A stretch of 63,146 nucleotides of DNA, the filler included, from Nemertoderma westbladi (Eukaryota; Animalia; Xenacoelomorpha): NCBI GenBank assembly GCA_032718475.1. It is 4 parts of 4 records of this genome, joined end to end, with 100 filler letters (N's around TTAATTAATTAA, not from the genome) between each part and the next. Parts side by side here need not be neighbours in the genome. Positions count along the whole stretch, not along the records: positions 1 to 25,879 come from JAUCBJ010002276.1; 3 more parts are not named here. One strand, 5' to 3'. The notes below the pieces were generated by a model. That model was given only the letters and a program-made list of their open reading frames with translations. It was not told the origin of the DNA and did no database searches. Of the stretch, positions 10,480 to 22,300 are shown in pieces; within the stretch, counting starts at the first letter, position 1, and the number at the start of each line of letters is the position of its first letter. Made by a program: the position numbers and the translations under genes.

Positions 10480-12693
10480 TTAATTGGTATCTTTGTGAAC
10501 TGAGTGTTTGTGTGTCTTTAGATTCCCTTTTTGACTAAATTGTTTGTCACAATAAACGCATTTATACATGATACCTTTATGTACTGATTCCATGTGGGTT
10601 CTTAGATTTCCTTTTTGAATAAATTGTTTGTCACAAGAACCACAATTATGCTTGATACCTATATGTACTGATTCTATGTGTTTCTTCAGATTCCCTTTGA
10701 CACTAAATTGTTTGTCACAAGAACCGCAATTATACTTGATACCTTTATGTACTGATTCTATGTGTTTCTTTAGAACTCCTTTGTCACAAAATTGTTTGTC
10801 ACAAGAACCACAATTATACTTGATACCTTTATGTACTGATTCTATGTGTTTCTTCAGATTCCCTTTGACACTAAATTGTTTGTCACAAGAACCGCAATTA
10901 TACTTGATACCTTTATGTACTGATTCTATGTGTTTCTTTAGAACTCCTTTGTCACAAAATTGTTTGTCACAAGAACCACAATTATACTTGATACCTTTAT
11001 GTACTGATTCTATGTGTTTCTTCAGATTTCCTTTGTCACTGAATTGTTTGTCACAAGAACCGCAATTATACTTGATACCTTTATGTACTGATTCTATGTG
11101 TTTCTTTAGAACTCCTTTGTCACAAAATTGTTTGTCACAAGAACCGCAGTTATACTTGATACCTTTATGTACTGATTCCATGTGTTTCTTCAGATTCCCT
11201 TTGACACTAAATTGTTTGTCACAAGAACCGCAATTATACTTGATACCTTTATGTACTGATTCTATGTGTTTCTTTAGAACTCCTTTGTCACAAAATTGTT
11301 TGTCACAAGAACCACAATTATACTTGATACCTTTATGTACTGATTCTATGTGTTTCTTCAGATTTCCTTTGTCACTAAATTGTTTGTCACAAGAACCACA
11401 ATTATACTTGATACCTTTATGTACTGATTTTATGTGTTTCTTTAGAACTCCTTTGTCACTAAATTGTTTGTCACAAGAACCACAATTATACTTGATACCT
11501 TTATGTACTGATTCCATGTGTTTCTTAAGATTCTGTTTGCCACTAAATTGTTTGTCACAAGAACCACAATTATACTTGATACTTTTATGTACAGATTCCA
11601 TGTGTTTCTTAAGATTCTGTTTGTCACTAAATTGTTTGTCACAAGAACCACAATTATACTTGATGCCTTTATGTACTGATTCCATGTGTTTATTCAGATA
11701 TGCTTTGTCACTAAATTGTTTGTCACAAGAACCGCAATTATACTTGATACCTTTATGTACTGATTCCATGTGTTTCTTAAGATTCTGTTTGTCACTAAAT
11801 TGTTTGTCACAAGAACCACAATTATACTTGATGCCTTTATGTACTGATTCCATGTGTTTATTCAGATATGCTTTGTCACTAAATTGTTTGTCACAAGAGC
11901 CGCAATTATACTTGATACCTTTATGTACTGATTCCATGTGTTTCTTTAGATTTCCTTTCTGTGTGAACAATTTATTGCAATAAACGCATTTATACTTGAT
12001 ACATTTGTGAATTGATTCCACGTGTCTCTTCATAATCCATTTATTTCTAAATGGTTTGTCACATGACCCACAATTATACTTGATACCTTTATGCAATGAT
12101 TGTTTACGATTCTTTAAATTTACTTTGCGATTAATTCGCTTACACTTGAGAACGGATTTAGCAATAACTTCACAAGGAGATGGATTCCCAATACAGAAAT
12201 CTTGTCTTACAACTCGAAATTTATCTTCGGAAGTACCACAAATAGCTCCCGCTTCTGATTTAAATCTGATAACGTTTATACCGCTGTTTGTGTTGCCGAT
12301 TTGATTATTAGAATATTGTTCATCTGTACAGAAATCTTGTTTGATCTTTCGAGATTTACCTTCGGAAGTACCGCAAATAGATTCCGATTTAAAACTGATA
12401 ACGTTTATACCGCTGTTTGTGTTACCGATTTGTTTATTAGAATATTGTTCATCCGTACAGAACTCTTGTTTGATCTTTCGAGATTTATCTTCGGAAGTAC
12501 CGAAAATAGCTCCCGTTTCTGATTCAAAACTGATAACGTTTATACCGCTGTTTGTGTTGCTGATTTCGTTATTAACAGTTGGTGGAGTGACGCATTTCTC
12601 TTGTTCCTCCTCACCGGACTGAGAATCACTTTCATCTGCCATGATACGATCCAGTAAATCCCAAGCAGCGTCGCTCAAAGTATTTGAAGACAT
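10480..12693 (-). CDS. Tandem C2H2 zinc-finger protein with 19 fingers
   Basis: 737-aa ORF; 19 x 28-aa (84-bp) units CxxC-x12-Hx4H; N-terminus has about three 40-aa repeats. Confidence 0.92.
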   Translation of the reverse strand: MSSNTLSDAAWDLLDRIMADESDSQSGEEEQEKCVTPPTVNNEISNTNSGINVISFESETGAIFGTSEDKSRKIKQEFCTDEQYSNKQIGNTNSGINVISFKSESICGTSEGKSRKIKQDFCTDEQYSNNQIGNTNSGINVIRFKSEAGAICGTSEDKFRVVRQDFCIGNPSPCEVIAKSVLKCKRINRKVNLKNRKQSLHKGIKYNCGSCDKPFRNKWIMKRHVESIHKCIKYKCVYCNKLFTQKGNLKKHMESVHKGIKYNCGSCDKQFSDKAYLNKHMESVHKGIKYNCGSCDKQFSDKQNLKKHMESVHKGIKYNCGSCDKQFSDKAYLNKHMESVHKGIKYNCGSCDKQFSDKQNLKKHMESVHKSIKYNCGSCDKQFSGKQNLKKHMESVHKGIKYNCGSCDKQFSDKGVLKKHIKSVHKGIKYNCGSCDKQFSDKGNLKKHIESVHKGIKYNCGSCDKQFCDKGVLKKHIESVHKGIKYNCGSCDKQFSVKGNLKKHMESVHKGIKYNCGSCDKQFCDKGVLKKHIESVHKGIKYNCGSCDKQFSDKGNLKKHIESVHKGIKYNCGSCDKQFCDKGVLKKHIESVHKGIKYNCGSCDKQFSVKGNLKKHIESVHKGIKYNCGSCDKQFCDKGVLKKHIESVHKGIKYNCGSCDKQFSVKGNLKKHIESVHIGIKHNCGSCDKQFIQKGNLRTHMESVHKGIMYKCVYCDKQFSQKGNLKTHKHSVHKDTN

Positions 12694-14486
12694 ATTTAAT
12701 ACAATTCGGACTAACTGAAGTATAAATGTGACAGTCTAAATATTACCAATATAATTCAATTTAATGACACAAACTTCAACACTTTAATACATTCTGGGTT
12801 TGGCTGACTGTAATACCGAATGCAGCAGCTACAGTGCTTAGGGGAGTGGAGCGCCTTTAGAAGTGAACGTAGGAATATAATTGGGTACCTAAATTAGATC
12901 CAAATACAATAGATGTAACAGATGCACCGGTTGCTACTAAGAACATTTGGGCCTCTATCCCTACCAACATCGATGGGTAACTCTGCGAGTTTGATTCGGG
13001 GAATACTGGAACTTTACAATGAAAGGTTTGCGGCCTCGTCACTGTAGAAAATCGTAACAGAGGTTGTTTAACAATACCTCGCTACATTAGTTAGCGCCAA
13101 TTATTTATCATGGAACCAATTATCTATGTATTGTAGTTACGATGGTCCCCAACGGTCATCGTTTTAACTACGTAATATCCATCTATTGGAAGTATTTTCG
13201 GTGAATTTATGACGAATAAATTACCTTGTCGTCGACCCGCGGATGAGAATTACGTTTTTGACAATTCCGTTGTTGGATTTAATTTATTACGGGAGATCCG
13301 CGCCCAACCCATAAGCTAAACAAGGGTCTACAATTCTTTTGTGACAGGCGAAAATGTCCCGCCACCCCCGCATATTTTGACCGGGGGGGGGGGGGGGGGG
13401 GGTGCAAAATCCAACATAATTGCATAACATTTTGACCCCCAAGGACCAAATCTGCTACCAGATATTGTCCTTTCGTACAGATTTTGTCCGCCTTGAATCT
13501 AATGGAAACTAATATCTAGATTGATGAATAATCAGTCTTCCTTCACGAATTCTCTATGAGATTAAGAAGGTATATTAGAGAATCAATCATCGGTATATAA
13601 TGCTGACCAATTCAGTAGGTTAAACTATCAGTCTCCGAAGATTTACAACAGTTAATAAAAAATGTTAGGATTATATGTATAAAAGGAAGGCGGGTTTTCT
13701 AACCAAAACAATAAACGATATTGTTACCTAAGGAGGGAAAGGAACAGATTGCAGTGGGGGACTTTTCTAACCATAACAATAAACGATATTGTTACAAATT
13801 GAGGGAATGTTTACTAAATCGTAAGAACCTATGTTCCTAAATATTAATGTTCAACTGATACCTTCATCTCCATCAATAACGTTCCTTTCAATCGGACAAA
13901 TGGACATAAGAAAACCCACTCAATAATTATACAAATATTAGCAGCAACATCTCAAGCATTTCATAAAAGCGGCTGGACCACTCGATGGTATAACGTGGAT
14001 ACAGTAGCAGTGGCATGGAAAGCAACAGCACTACCATCAATCTTACACAAAGTAAAGTTCATGATTGGTAACCTCGGCCAAACTGATTTAAATATTATAT
14101 TTTTTAAATATTATTATATATTGATATTATAGAAAAATATTACGAGGATTATTAAATGTAGGATCATATTTTAGTAATCTAACAGGCACCAGAGATCTCA
14201 GCACAGAAATATACAGGGACATTATGTATCTGGACTGTCAGCCAGATAGTCTACCAACAGTTAAGGGCTTCAAATAATTTCCGACTATCTAAATAGGATT
14301 ACTTAAATTCGAAATAATCAAAGTTAATATCAGCATTAAAATATAATATCAAAATTATACTATCTGGCGGTGCTGGCGGTGGAGGCAGTGCTGGCGGTGC
14401 TGGCGCACCGCGAAAGAAACTCTCAATAGCTTCAGCGCGACTGTCCAATTGTCCACGTCTTCGTTCAAGGTTCACACAAAATATTT

Positions 14487-15022
14487 TGTGACGGGATCCA
14501 GGAAGGATCCCGGTTTATCCGGTTGTTTAGTTCACGCGTCCCCGCCGTGTGTGAAAGGTAAAAGATTTCCTGTCGTTCGTCGTATATAATAATCGGTATA
14601 TAAAATAGATATAGATATAGTGATAGATTGTTGTACACGGAAGGCGGGTTGACGGTAATTAAGTCCCGGCACTTCCCTAACTAAACCTACTAACCTAGCT
14701 AGCACCAATATGATACTGAGATAACTGAAATGGTACGATTACTGCTAACAGGTTATATCGCACGGGTGGCCTTATTGCTGTACTCATTCGGTGCCTTTCC
14801 CCCCTCTGATTGGTTGATACCCCTGTTGGCGCCCTCTGGAGTGTTCCCCTTCACTCCACCTATTCTCTCTCTGTTAGGGGTTTGGCCCCTGACCCTCATT
14901 GGGTGCTTCTCCTTCCCACTTTGTTGGGGTGACACGAGTTGGTTACTACCCAACCTCGTGGCCCCCAATATTGCTTATCGGCTTAACTTTATGGGGTGTT
15001 AGCGGGATTGAATAAGCTAACA
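14487..15022 (-). repeat. 3' LTR of copy B
   Basis: TGTGACGGGATC...GAATAAGCTAACA, homologous to the copy A and C LTRs. Confidence 0.9.
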
Positions 15023-15725
15023 CTCCCCCCCCCATGCTATCTTCCCGGTGACAAGATAGCATCAACCAGAAAGTGCGCTACAATCCCGCTGGATCCCGAT
15101 CTAGTATCGGGTGTGGGTGCAATTCTTTTCTCTCGGAGCCGGCTTTCCAGGCCACTCCCTATGGGTATGATAACGCTACCCTGTACGCCTGGCGTCCCAT
15201 GTCGGGCCGATCGTGCTTACCTCTCACACGACTTTTGTTTCCCCAACACTTTCGCCCTTGACTCTTCTCTTCTCTCGTACAGACTCTCCTCTCTCTCGCT
15301 CTAACTCTCGGACCTCTCTGTCCCTCACTCAGCCTCTTATTCCTTCCCCCCCCCCCCCACACTAGAATTGCAACCGCACTCTCTCCGCACTCCGCACTAT
15401 TACTTCTTCCCTCAACCCCTCTTTGACTATCTTATCCCTTCTGGCGAATGTCACTCCCCCTCCCGTGCCGTCGCACTCAAGAAGTGTGAAATCGTCTTGC
15501 GTCTCGTCCATAGTCCCATAGTCAGTTGTCCTCCCAGTCCCAGTAGCTAATTGAGAAAGGTTGTATGACTATAGTACTTACTCCGAACGTATGTATTTGT
15601 AGATTATTTATTATTACGTACGTACATACAAATTGCACTTATTTTGATTATTTACATTGATTAAATTTGTATTCAATAGTTTGCACATCTCACATGGCGC
15701 CTTCCAGGCGCACCACATCAAAGTC

Positions 15726-18287
15726 TCAGTCCATCCCTCCTGACCTTGGGAACCCTTCTGTCCCCCTCGAGATGGCTCCCTCCCTGGGTCGCTTCCTGGT
15801 TACTATTGCTCCCCTGGGATCTGCCTTGTGTCTTCGGACTCTCGCCGCCACTTCCTTACTAATCCCGGTGGTTGGCTCCTTGGGTGCCGGTGTTATAAGC
15901 TCCCGGTACCGCTTCGCGGGCGGCCCCTCCGAATGGCCCTGTTGTCTCCCCCTAGTGGCGTCCCATAAAATCGTCTTCATAGCCCGCGGCACATGCTCCG
16001 CCAAGAAATCCCTAAACTCTCCTCTGTTTTGTGGTGTCCACCTATCTAAATACCTCTGCGTATTTATCACCCCGGCAAATGATGCCGCCGTCGCCACTTC
16101 CTGGTAGGTAAACGGAAGTCTCCGTTTGATAATCTCCATGTGGGCCTCCTGATTGATTAGGAAGAAACCCCACTTAAACTCCTGGGCCTTCATACGTTGC
16201 CGAGTCATCGCCCCGACGTCGGCCCATTCTTCGAAGATCATAAACTTCTCTTCGTCGTCCATCCAGTCGCACTGGCGTCCGTAATGTCCCCGAAAGTTAC
16301 ATTTCGAACATCGGTTGTGCAACCGTGGACACGCCCCCATCCTGTGGTTCGACTCTCGGCAGTAGAGACAATAAGTTCCCTTCTGGAACCGATACAAGCA
16401 GTTCTTTTCCTGGTGGGTCTGTCTCCCACAGTAGTCGCAACCGAGTATCAATGTCTCCCGCCCTACATCGTCTTTCGTCCCTAGCGATCTCCGCGGTCTA
16501 TGGAGTCGCTGGTAGGCGAACTTTTGGACGTTAGTGTCCCTGTCTACGTCGATCTCCTCGCTCCTCCCGGGCATCGTCTCCCCAAACACTACCCGTGGTG
16601 CCGTCCCCGGTTGTTCGCCCAACCTGATGGTGCTCCCCGCGAAATCCATTGCCGGTTCCTCGTGCACCCAGGCCCGCTTGCCGGGTTTATTCCAGAAGGC
16701 CCTCGCCCCGCTGGCCGTCACCACTCTCCCGCCAACCCAGTCCGTGTCCGAGTGGCCTATCCTCGCAATAGGCAGCATCTCTCCGAACTCGTCGTCGTCT
16801 TCTTCCTCCTCTCGCAGTGGTTCCAACCCCGGTATCCCGGCGGATCCACTATGTCCCTTCCCGCCTTGGCTCTCGCCCGTAGCTCTCCATCCCTCTAGCT
16901 CCCCAAACTTCCTTAGTGGTTTGTCGCCCTCGGCGCCCGCTGGTATGGGCATCGTTTGCAACCCCAACGTCGACTGTTTCGGTGATCCCACCGTCCACCC
17001 CAACTCTCGCCATAGAGACTCCCCCGAACTCCCTGATGACGCCCAACGAAGTTCATCTAAGGCCGCTTGTTCCTCGAAGCCGTAGCCCTGCGCCCTGGCT
17101 TCCTCCTCTCTTTCCTCTGCTTCTATCCTCTCCCTTCTAGCGACTTCTTCCAGTCGCTTCGCCTCCCGTTTATCCGTCTCTAACTGCTCCCATCTCTGAT
17201 ATGGTGTATTTATCTCCCTGTCTACCAGATGTCGGCTATTGTAGTACACCGACTCGCCCTTCAGCCCCGGGTGGTCTACCAGACCCTTGAAAGCCGTCTT
17301 AAAGGCTCTTCTGTAGCTTAGGGGTAATCCCGATAATAGGAATGCCTTTGGTTCCCTCTTGATAACCACGGTCATGAATAGGTTAAGCAAACCTATCATT
17401 ATCCAGTCCTCTTGAAGGATATATCGCTTCTGATATATCTTTATGGCTGCTCTTTGGAACTGATACACCTCTTGTTTTCCTGGCCTCGCTCCCCACTTCA
17501 GCGAGTTTGCTAGCTCTGCTCCGTACTCTTCTCTGAACTTCCCCCAGTCCGTCGGTTTGTGACATACGAGCCTTAACAACTGGCCCATCGCCACCGCTCC
17601 GCACTGGCCCGTGTTCCTCACTAGTCCCAACCCGTCTGGCACTGTCATAGCCATGAAGACTGTCTGCGTGTCCAGAAGGTTGGGGGTGTCCGGACCGACG
17701 ATCCTCTCCGCGTCGTCGCAAATCGCCAATCCCACCTTCGTCGTCGACTTCTCTCTTACCAAGACTTGCACCGCTTTCGGCAACCGGTTCAACTTCGGCC
17801 CTTCCTTGTTCCCATACGTTCCTAGATCGAATAGGAAAATGTCCCCATTTGGCGCGGCCAAATGTAGGAGTATGGTCCTGGTCGACCCCGCTGATCCTCG
17901 TTTCGAACCCCCCTCGTCTTCCACGGTTCCCTCGTCGTCTAGGATCATATATCCTCCCCTGCTGACGGACTCTACGAACCTCTTCCAATCTTTCTTCGGC
18001 GATTCCCTCGCGTACTTTGGAATCCCGAATTTCTCCTCGTCCCCCTTTACTACGTAGTGGAAGTGCCCGAAGATTGCATTATCCAGCGACGGCGTCCCGT
18101 AGGTCCCGACCAGCCGCTGTTTGTGCGCTTCCCTGAAATGGTCTTGTAGCGGTCGCGCTGCGTGACCCCTCTCCAACCGCTTGTAGTATCCCCTTGTCTT
18201 ATCTTCCGGATGTCTCTTGGTGAAATCCACCAGTATCTCCTTTCCTCCTGACTCTGCCTTTCTCTTTCTGATCAGCTTACTTGCCAT
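15726..18287 (-). CDS. Retrotransposon ORF3: DEDDy/RNase D-like 3'-5' exonuclease domain plus three CCHC zinc knuckles
   Basis: Intact 853 aa; ExoI YMILDDEG, LLHLA..IFLFDL, LP..V..L.....KVG..I.DD (ExoII), LLDTQ, WGARP...QKRYILQED (ExoIII-like); knuckles CDYCGRQTHQEKNC, CLYCRESNHRMGAC, CSKCNFRGHYGRQC. Confidence 0.78.
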   Translation of the reverse strand: MASKLIRKRKAESGGKEILVDFTKRHPEDKTRGYYKRLERGHAARPLQDHFREAHKQRLVGTYGTPSLDNAIFGHFHYVVKGDEEKFGIPKYARESPKKDWKRFVESVSRGGYMILDDEGTVEDEGGSKRGSAGSTRTILLHLAAPNGDIFLFDLGTYGNKEGPKLNRLPKAVQVLVREKSTTKVGLAICDDAERIVGPDTPNLLDTQTVFMAMTVPDGLGLVRNTGQCGAVAMGQLLRLVCHKPTDWGKFREEYGAELANSLKWGARPGKQEVYQFQRAAIKIYQKRYILQEDWIMIGLLNLFMTVVIKREPKAFLLSGLPLSYRRAFKTAFKGLVDHPGLKGESVYYNSRHLVDREINTPYQRWEQLETDKREAKRLEEVARRERIEAEEREEEARAQGYGFEEQAALDELRWASSGSSGESLWRELGWTVGSPKQSTLGLQTMPIPAGAEGDKPLRKFGELEGWRATGESQGGKGHSGSAGIPGLEPLREEEEDDDEFGEMLPIARIGHSDTDWVGGRVVTASGARAFWNKPGKRAWVHEEPAMDFAGSTIRLGEQPGTAPRVVFGETMPGRSEEIDVDRDTNVQKFAYQRLHRPRRSLGTKDDVGRETLILGCDYCGRQTHQEKNCLYRFQKGTYCLYCRESNHRMGACPRLHNRCSKCNFRGHYGRQCDWMDDEEKFMIFEEWADVGAMTRQRMKAQEFKWGFFLINQEAHMEIIKRRLPFTYQEVATAASFAGVINTQRYLDRWTPQNRGEFRDFLAEHVPRAMKTILWDATRGRQQGHSEGPPAKRYRELITPAPKEPTTGISKEVAARVRRHKADPRGAIVTRKRPREGAISRGTEGFPRSGGMD

Positions 18288-18824
18288 TCCGAACTCCGTT
18301 GCTCGCTCACCTGTAAGGTGGTGCCTTACAAAGGCGCAATACAGATGAGTGACAAGTTAAGATGGTCTGTGTTGGTTCGACAATGGCCTATTCCTTACTT
18401 AACTGCGCCTTTCAGCCTAAATTATCACAACTTAATTCTGAAGCTAGTAAATACGCCCTAATTCCGATTTCTGTCAGTTACTTTTATTATGTTCCAGAAT
18501 AACTTTCCTAGTGTTGCCACAATTTGTAACTTTCAGCCCTATTCTATTTATTTTGATTTAATTTTAATCCTACTGTCCTACTACTTACTGTTGCCTATGG
18601 ATTACCTTACTCTCTAATCCACATTCTGGCCTACTCTGTGGGCCTGTCCAGTACAGCAGTATATGTCGCATGGCCTACACAATCTATCCAACTGTACTCA
18701 TATGCCCCCCTCTCACTACTAACTGCTAACTAATATCTATATCTTTAATACCCTTCTACCTCTTGCTCTTACTAACTAGTACTGCGTACTTTCTCACTAA
18801 CTCTTACTCTCTCTTTCTAACTAA

Positions 18825-19220
18825 CTGTCGGTACTACGTACCCTCTAACTACTTACTCTCTCTCTAACGGTACTACGTACCCTCTAACTCTTACTCTCTA
18901 ATGGTACCACGTACCCCTTAACTCCTACTCTCTAACGGTACTACGTACCCTTTAACTCTTACACTCTAATGGTACTACGTACCACCCTCTAACTCTTACT
19001 CTCTAACGGTACTACGTACCACCCTCTAACTCTTACTCTCTAACGGTACTACGTACCACCCTCTAACTCTTACTATCTAATGGTACTACGTACCACCCTC
19101 TAACTCTTACTCTCTAACGGTACTACGTACCCTTTAACTAATTAACTAACTAACTAACTAATGGTACTACGTACCTTCTAACTACTCTAGCTAACTAGCG
19201 GTACTACGTACCCTCTAACT
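18825..19220. repeat. About 33-36-bp tandem repeat between pol and ORF3
   Basis: Repeated CTCTAACGGTACTACGTACC(A)CCCTCTAACTCTTACT. Confidence 0.8.
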
Positions 19221-19356
19221 AATTAACTAACTAACCAACTAACTAACTCTTACTATTTTTTTTTATTTTATTATTTTGTGTGGGAAGGGCGTCTCGCCCT
19301 CAATCCCACCCCCCTCAGTCCAAACTTGGACGACTAAACTCTTCTCTAACTCTAAA

Positions 19357-22300
19357 CTAAGGTGCCCCTTCTAGCAGACAGCATTTCCCTACAGCTCTCC
19401 TATAGGTTTTTCTGTCCTTCGCACCTATCTTGCCACCTATCCGCACTTCTACCGATCGGACTCTTCCGTCTTCATCGGAGTAAGTGCCTACAACTCTCGC
19501 CAACCGCCACTAGTTGTTGATGATGGTATCATCCGTAACGATCACGAGATCTCCCTCTCTTAACTCCCTATTTGACTTCCTCCACTTACTTCTTTTGTGA
19601 AGTGTGGGAAGGTATTCTTCTACCCACCTCCTCCAATACTCTGCGCTTATTGCTTTAGTGACTTTCCAACTTTGACGGGAGTGTATGTCATCTGGGTCTA
19701 CACCCCGCATATCGATGGTCGCTGGCCTTTCCATTAGGAAATGGCTAGGCGTCAGCACGTCTAGTGACTCAGGCTCATCATTCTCTGGATATAGCGGTCT
19801 ACTATTAATGATACCCTCACACTTTGCAAGCACTGTCCTCAAGATGTCCTCCTTGACCATGTGGGTGTTCATTAACTTCGACATTAGACGCTTCGAACTG
19901 CCCACCAGTCTCTCGACGCATCCTAGTGTATGTGGTGCATACGGCGTCCTTCTCTCCCACTTTACTTGTCGTCGTCTCATGGCTGCCCTGACTTCCTCCC
20001 CTTCCAAGATGTCCAAGGCATCTGCCATCTCGTTCTCTGCCCCCACAAAGTTGGTTCCGCTGTTGGAGTACATTACTTTGATCGTCCCACCTTTGCGGTC
20101 TCTGAACCTTTCCAATGCATTTATAAATGCTGATGCGGATGCATCCTGGGCGAGTTCTATCCCTACCGCCCGCGTGTTGTTACAAACAAAGATAATACCG
20201 TAGCGTTTCTCCGTGTGCCGCATCACCTTAATCTTTATCGGCCCGAACATGTCCACACCGCAATGCGTAAATGGCGGGTCGTGCTGTCTTACTCTACTCG
20301 CCGGTAGTGGTGCCATCTCCTGTGTGGCTCGTTCCTTGTTCGCCCGTCTGCAGGTCTGGCACTGCCCCACTACCGCTTTTACCTTCTTCCTCAATTGCTT
20401 GACCCAATAGGTCCTCCTTATCTCCGCGAGGGTTCGGTTGGTGCCCCCGTGCAATATCGACTTGTGGGAGTCCCAGATAATCTGGTGGAGTATTGGCGAT
20501 CCTGTGGGGATGATGATGGGTTTCGGTGGTACCACGATGCTGTTGTTGTATCCCACCCTAGAGTTCATCACTAGAATCCCGTCATCGTTAAGTTGCGGTG
20601 ACAGCGTGATCAGCTCACTGTCTCGTCGAAGGTGCTGTTGCTTACTGACGCGTTCCACTTCGTCGCCATACTTCTTCTGTTGTTCATAGCAGATGACTGC
20701 TCTAGTCGCTCCTTCCAGATCTATGGTTGTCCTGATCTTCTTGTCTTCGCCAACTCCCGCGAGGAAATTCCTGAAGGCTCTCCAGTATGCTACTAATTTC
20801 TTGGTCTTGTACCAACTAGAGCTGTAGCTGAGGAGTTTATCCATTGGGTTATCGCACAGTTCTACGGTTTTGGGTCGCACGTCCCTTATCTCCCTCACCA
20901 TCTGGGAGTATATCTCTTCTCCCTCCGAATCTCCCTCTTCTCCCTCTGATACTACTTCTCCTGAGCCCGGGTCCACCTTTCTCATCGGCGGCCAGGCCTC
21001 CTTGTCGTTCAGAAATTGCGGCCCGTGTTGCCACAATACTTCCTTCTTTGAGAAAGTGTGGCGTGCCACGCCCCTTGATAACAAGTCCGCTGGGTTCTCG
21101 TCCGTTGGGCAGTAGTGCCACCTTTCTAGCTCTGTCGTCGCCCTTATTTCGTCCACTCTGTTTGCGACGAATATAGGATATCGCGTTTTCTTGTTATGTA
21201 GCCAGCCGAACACTACCATGGAGTCCGTCCAGTAGTGTGTCTCCACTATGTTGGGAATAGTGTCCATTATGTAGGCTGTGGCCCTAACTCCTAATCTCGC
21301 AGCTGTTAACTCTAATTTGGGAACTGACGCCGAATCTGGTGGCGTTGACTTTGCCTTGCTGAAGGCAAGTCTGCGTTTGTGAGACCCCTCTCGTTGTACT
21401 AAGTAGAGTGCCGCTCCATATGCCTCTAGTGACGCATCGGAGAACATGTGCAGATCCAGGTTCGTCATGTCCCCATCCGGGAAATACACTCGTGGCATGC
21501 TGTATGTTCCCATCTGCTCTAGACCTTCTGTCCACTTACACCACTGTTTCTTAATCTCTTCTGGTACCTCTTCGTCCCACTCATCTTTCAGCTTGTATAC
21601 TCTCTTGAGTATCTGTTTCCCCGTTACTAGTAGTGGGGATGCTAGGCCTAGGGGATCGTATATTCTTGCTATGTATGACACATAGCCTCTCTTTGTGTGG
21701 ATGTCTGCGCCCTCCTGGCTCAGCTGGTACTTCAGTTCGTCTGTCTCTTTGTTCCACACGATTCCCAGTGCCTTCTGTTGAGACTCTGTTCTCTTATTCG
21801 CCATGTCCTGCCCTTTGGCTGTTGTGGGATTATCCATGGTCGATTCTGGTCTCTCGTCCTCTATCGCTCTGATAAATTCCTGCGAACTGGATTGGAATTT
21901 GGTTAGGTTAAAGCCGGATCCTTTTAGGATGTCGCGAACCTCGCGCCCTGTATCCAGTATCTCTTTAACCGTATTTCCAGATTCCATTCCGTCGTCTAGG
22001 TAGAAGCCGCGTCGAATCATGTCGACGGCCCTATTACTGTATCTATCCTCCTTCCCTTTCACTGTGTCTCTTACCGCCATAGTCGTCGTGAAGGAAGACG
22101 ACTTGGCCCCCATGTTCTGTACTATCATCTTGTACATCGGTATAGTCGACGGTTCTTCGTCGCTGTTGTACCATAAGAAGCGTTGACTATCGCTATCTTC
22201 TTCCGTTACACGGACTTGGTTGAACATGCCTTCTATATCACAGGTGAAGGCGTGTTTCCCATTCCTAAATCTTAGTAGGACCTCGATCCACGAATTGTAG

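Noticed and set aside
10628-11983. 451-aa plus-strand repetitive ORF
   Set aside because: Antisense shadow of the zinc-finger array.
12857-13042. FLVATGASVT, resembling a retroviral protease motif
   Set aside because: Catalytic Asp absent and too short to call; at most an old fragment.
15726-18287. ORF3 as an envelope glycoprotein
   Set aside because: Basic N-terminus without a signal peptide, no C-terminal TM anchor; exonuclease and knuckle motifs instead.
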